Origin: Octopus bimaculoides
Taxonomy: Eukaryota
NCBI RefSeq assembly: GCF_001194135.2
Contig: NC_068987.1
Location: 24,043,913 to 24,107,912 of the forward strand
Length of the DNA stretch: 64,000 nt
Reading direction: 5' to 3'
Below, piece by piece: positions 61,720-64,000 of this stretch (the stretch's first letter is position 1; each line of letters starts with the position of its first letter). The notes below the pieces were generated by a model. It was given only the letters and a program-made list of their open reading frames with translations, did not search any database and was not told where the DNA came from. The position numbers and the translations under genes were made by a program.

Positions 61720-62343
61720 TGTATGTGTGTGTGCTTTTACTAACGAAGGCTTGCCTCTCTTTTAATAGTTTTTGACATTTTGAATGCCATACTGTACAAA
61801 ATAACTAGTTTTATTTAAGGTAAAGCATTTATATCAAATCATCCTACTTCCAAATACTTCTAATAGAAAGAAACGGTGTAATAGTTTTTATAGATTATTG
61901 CAACTTTACTTGAAAGACAGAAAAATATATCAATCACAAAATAGAACAGTTCATAGCATTAAAATTATGACAAATGTCTGTGTAAACAGAGTGGATATTA
62001 AAGTTAATAATTTAAAAATATATATTTTTGATCTTTAATAATCTCATAGAGAGGTCTATACGTTTATGTAAATTTCCTTTTATAAAACATTAAACTGTTT
62101 CATATTTACAATGTTTTAGCCAAATTAGGTCAAAATGACATGTAAGTCTATATTCCGTTCCATTGCCATGTTGAACATTCTGGAAAGAAGTTTTTAAAAA
62201 GTATGTAGTTTATGTTTGTTAGAGACAAACATTGTTATGAAAACATAGTTCTTATCCACTTTCTGTAATGTTCCCCAAAAATTTCATTGTATTATGCCTC
62301 ATAGAAATTTGCTTGTGAATTTATGAAGTTTTTCAAAATGATT

Positions 62344-63234
62344 CTATTCTTTTACTGTTACTTGTCCATGGGCCTTTTTTTTATGATGTCTCAAACTCCT
62401 ATTCTCAGAGTAAGTTTTACCACAAATATCACAATGATATGGTTTTACACCAGTGTGTACAGGTTTGTGACGGTTTAAATTCTGATTGTCAGCATATGAT
62501 TTGCCACAAATATCACAAGTGTATGGTCTTTCACCTGTGTGACCACGTATATGAAGTGTTAAATGACCTCTCTGAGAGAAGGATTTACCACAGGTATCAC
62601 AGTGAAATGGATTCTCACCTGTGTGAATACGTACATGTTGAGTTAAATGACCATTCTGAGAGAATGTTTTCCCACAGATATCACAGTGGTATGGCTTCTC
62701 ACCAGTGTGTATGCGTACATGTTGAGTTAAATGACTATTGTCAGAAAACGTTTTACCACAGATTTCACAGTAGTATGGGTTGTCACCAGTGTGCACACGT
62801 ATATGCTTAGTTAATGAACTATTGCCAGAGAATGTTTTACCACAAATATCACAATGGTATGGCTTTTCTCCAGTGTGTACACGTATGTGTTGAGTTAAAC
62901 CACTTCTGTCAGAGAAACTCTTTCCACAAATATCACAGTTGTATGGTTTTTCTCCAGTGTGCATGCGTATGTGTCTAGTTAATCTATTACTGTCACAAAA
63001 TTTTTTTCCACAGATATCACAGTGGTGTGGATTATCACCAGTGTGCATGCGTACATGTCTTGTCAATGCACTGTTACCAGAAAATGTTTTTCCACAGGTA
63101 TCACAAGGGAATGACTTCTGTCTTATGTGAACCTGTTTGTGTTGAGTCAGACTATTACAGACAGAGAATGTTTTCCCACATATATCACAGTGATATGGTT
63201 TCTCACCTGTGTGAGTACGTTTGTGATTAGTCAT
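62344..63234 (-). CDS. C2H2 zinc-finger protein ZNF8, leaderless, 10 fingers, 296 aa
   Basis: The ORF starts [13 protein letters not shown] at the helix Met of a decayed finger (...EIFSEGGK-MTN). Confidence 0.91.
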   Translation of the reverse strand: MTNHKRTHTGEKPYHCDICGKTFSVCNSLTQHKQVHIRQKSFPCDTCGKTFSGNSALTRHVRMHTGDNPHHCDICGKKFCDSNRLTRHIRMHTGEKPYNCDICGKSFSDRSGLTQHIRVHTGEKPYHCDICGKTFSGNSSLTKHIRVHTGDNPYYCEICGKTFSDNSHLTQHVRIHTGEKPYHCDICGKTFSQNGHLTQHVRIHTGENPFHCDTCGKSFSQRGHLTLHIRGHTGERPYTCDICGKSYADNQNLNRHKPVHTGVKPYHCDICGKTYSENRSLRHHKKKAHGQVTVKE

Positions 63235-63281
63235 TTTACCTCCTTCAGAAAATATTTCTGCATACCATGCTGATAACTTTT

Positions 63282-63324
<43 letters not shown>

Positions 63325-63800
63325 GTGTGTGTGTATACAGTTAATTTACCTTTCTGCAAGAAACTTTTCTCACAGATTTCAGTGATGATTTCTCACCTGA
63401 ATGAATATATTTGGATTTAGTCAAATACCTTACTGTGTAATTGTTCTACCATAGATATCACAGTAGTTTGGCTTTTCACCAGTATGAACACATTTATGCT
63501 TGGCCAAATTATTGTTGTCAGAGAAAATTATGGCAAGATTATGCATTGGCAAGCTTTGTATTTCTGAACATTTTTACAGAGACAGCTGTTTTTAGCAACT
63601 GATGTACTGTGAATCCTAATAGGTTTGAGTTGGTATGAAGTGTTCTATTATGAATTATAAAAATTTTGATCTGGTATGAAGTAATTTTTGTTTAAATAAG
63701 GCTTTAGATTATGTGAATACTTTCTTCTTGATGTTTTTGTGATGTGATTTATTCTGTACACCTACACATGACAGATTCTGTATGTTACCATGCTTCATGT
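63235..63800 (-). pseudogene. Decayed 5' part of ZNF8 (old leader and early fingers), split by a microsatellite
   Basis: Remnants such as ...TKHKCVHTGEKPNYCDIYGRT... and KQKLLH-like sequence with stops and frameshifts; (TA)n(TATG)(TG)n at 63284-63337. Confidence 0.8.
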
Positions 63801-63976
63801 CTCAGTTGCAATATGTTTACAGCCTTAAATTATATTTCAAAGTCACTTATTTGAGGTTATAAAGAACAGCCACTTGTGTACTTCATGTCATAATGTATAT
63901 CTTCTGTCTTCAAAACCGGACAGATTTCTTTTAAATAAAAGGAATCTATCGTTACCATTTCAATGTCACCAGAAAA

Positions 63977-63991
63977 CCTGAAATAAAGAAT
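63977..63991 (-). promoter_or_regulatory. Putative splice acceptor of the ZNF8 terminal exon
   Basis: tattctttatttcag with AG at 63979-63978; flank matches the ZNF4 and ZNF7 units. Confidence 0.6.
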
Positions 63992-64000
63992 ATAAGGTAT

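Noticed and set aside
6335-63230. Many 60-135 aa ORFs antisense to the ZNF genes (e.g. 6335-6586, 16278-16565, 21446-21739, 45107-45511, 62439-62810)
   Set aside because: These are the expected shadow of repetitive C2H2 codons on the opposite strand, with no independent coding signal.

Overview
AT-rich animal DNA with four N-gaps. It is most likely from an octopus, inferred from the SINE and RTE repeat families plus clustered multi-finger C2H2 genes with no KRAB domain. The window holds a tandem cluster of eight C2H2 zinc-finger genes (called ZNF1-ZNF8 here, 8-14 fingers each), spaced about 5-10 kb apart. Seven are on the minus strand; ZNF3 is inverted on the plus strand. Each CDS is uninterrupted. 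Each gene is preceded by a homologous splice-acceptor block. The six minus-strand genes whose upstream region lies in the window also have a conserved ~300-400 bp non-coding module ending in the motif GCC-N4-TTTCGTAAAA. The paralogues show a readable evolutionary series. N-terminal fingers decay into a leader. ZNF6-8 start at a Met inside an old recognition helix. A C-terminal finger module stays nearly constant while middle fingers vary. The last finger was lost three times by different lesions, and ZNF4/ZNF5 share a probable gene-conversion tract. Spacers are filled with decayed RTE LINEs, tRNA-derived SINEs, Tc1/mariner pieces, a Penelope GIY-YIG remnant and MITE-like repeats. An open LINE ORF1 with a CCHC knuckle, missed by the ORF track, sits at the left edge. 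All alignments were done by eye, so repeat boundaries are approximate.
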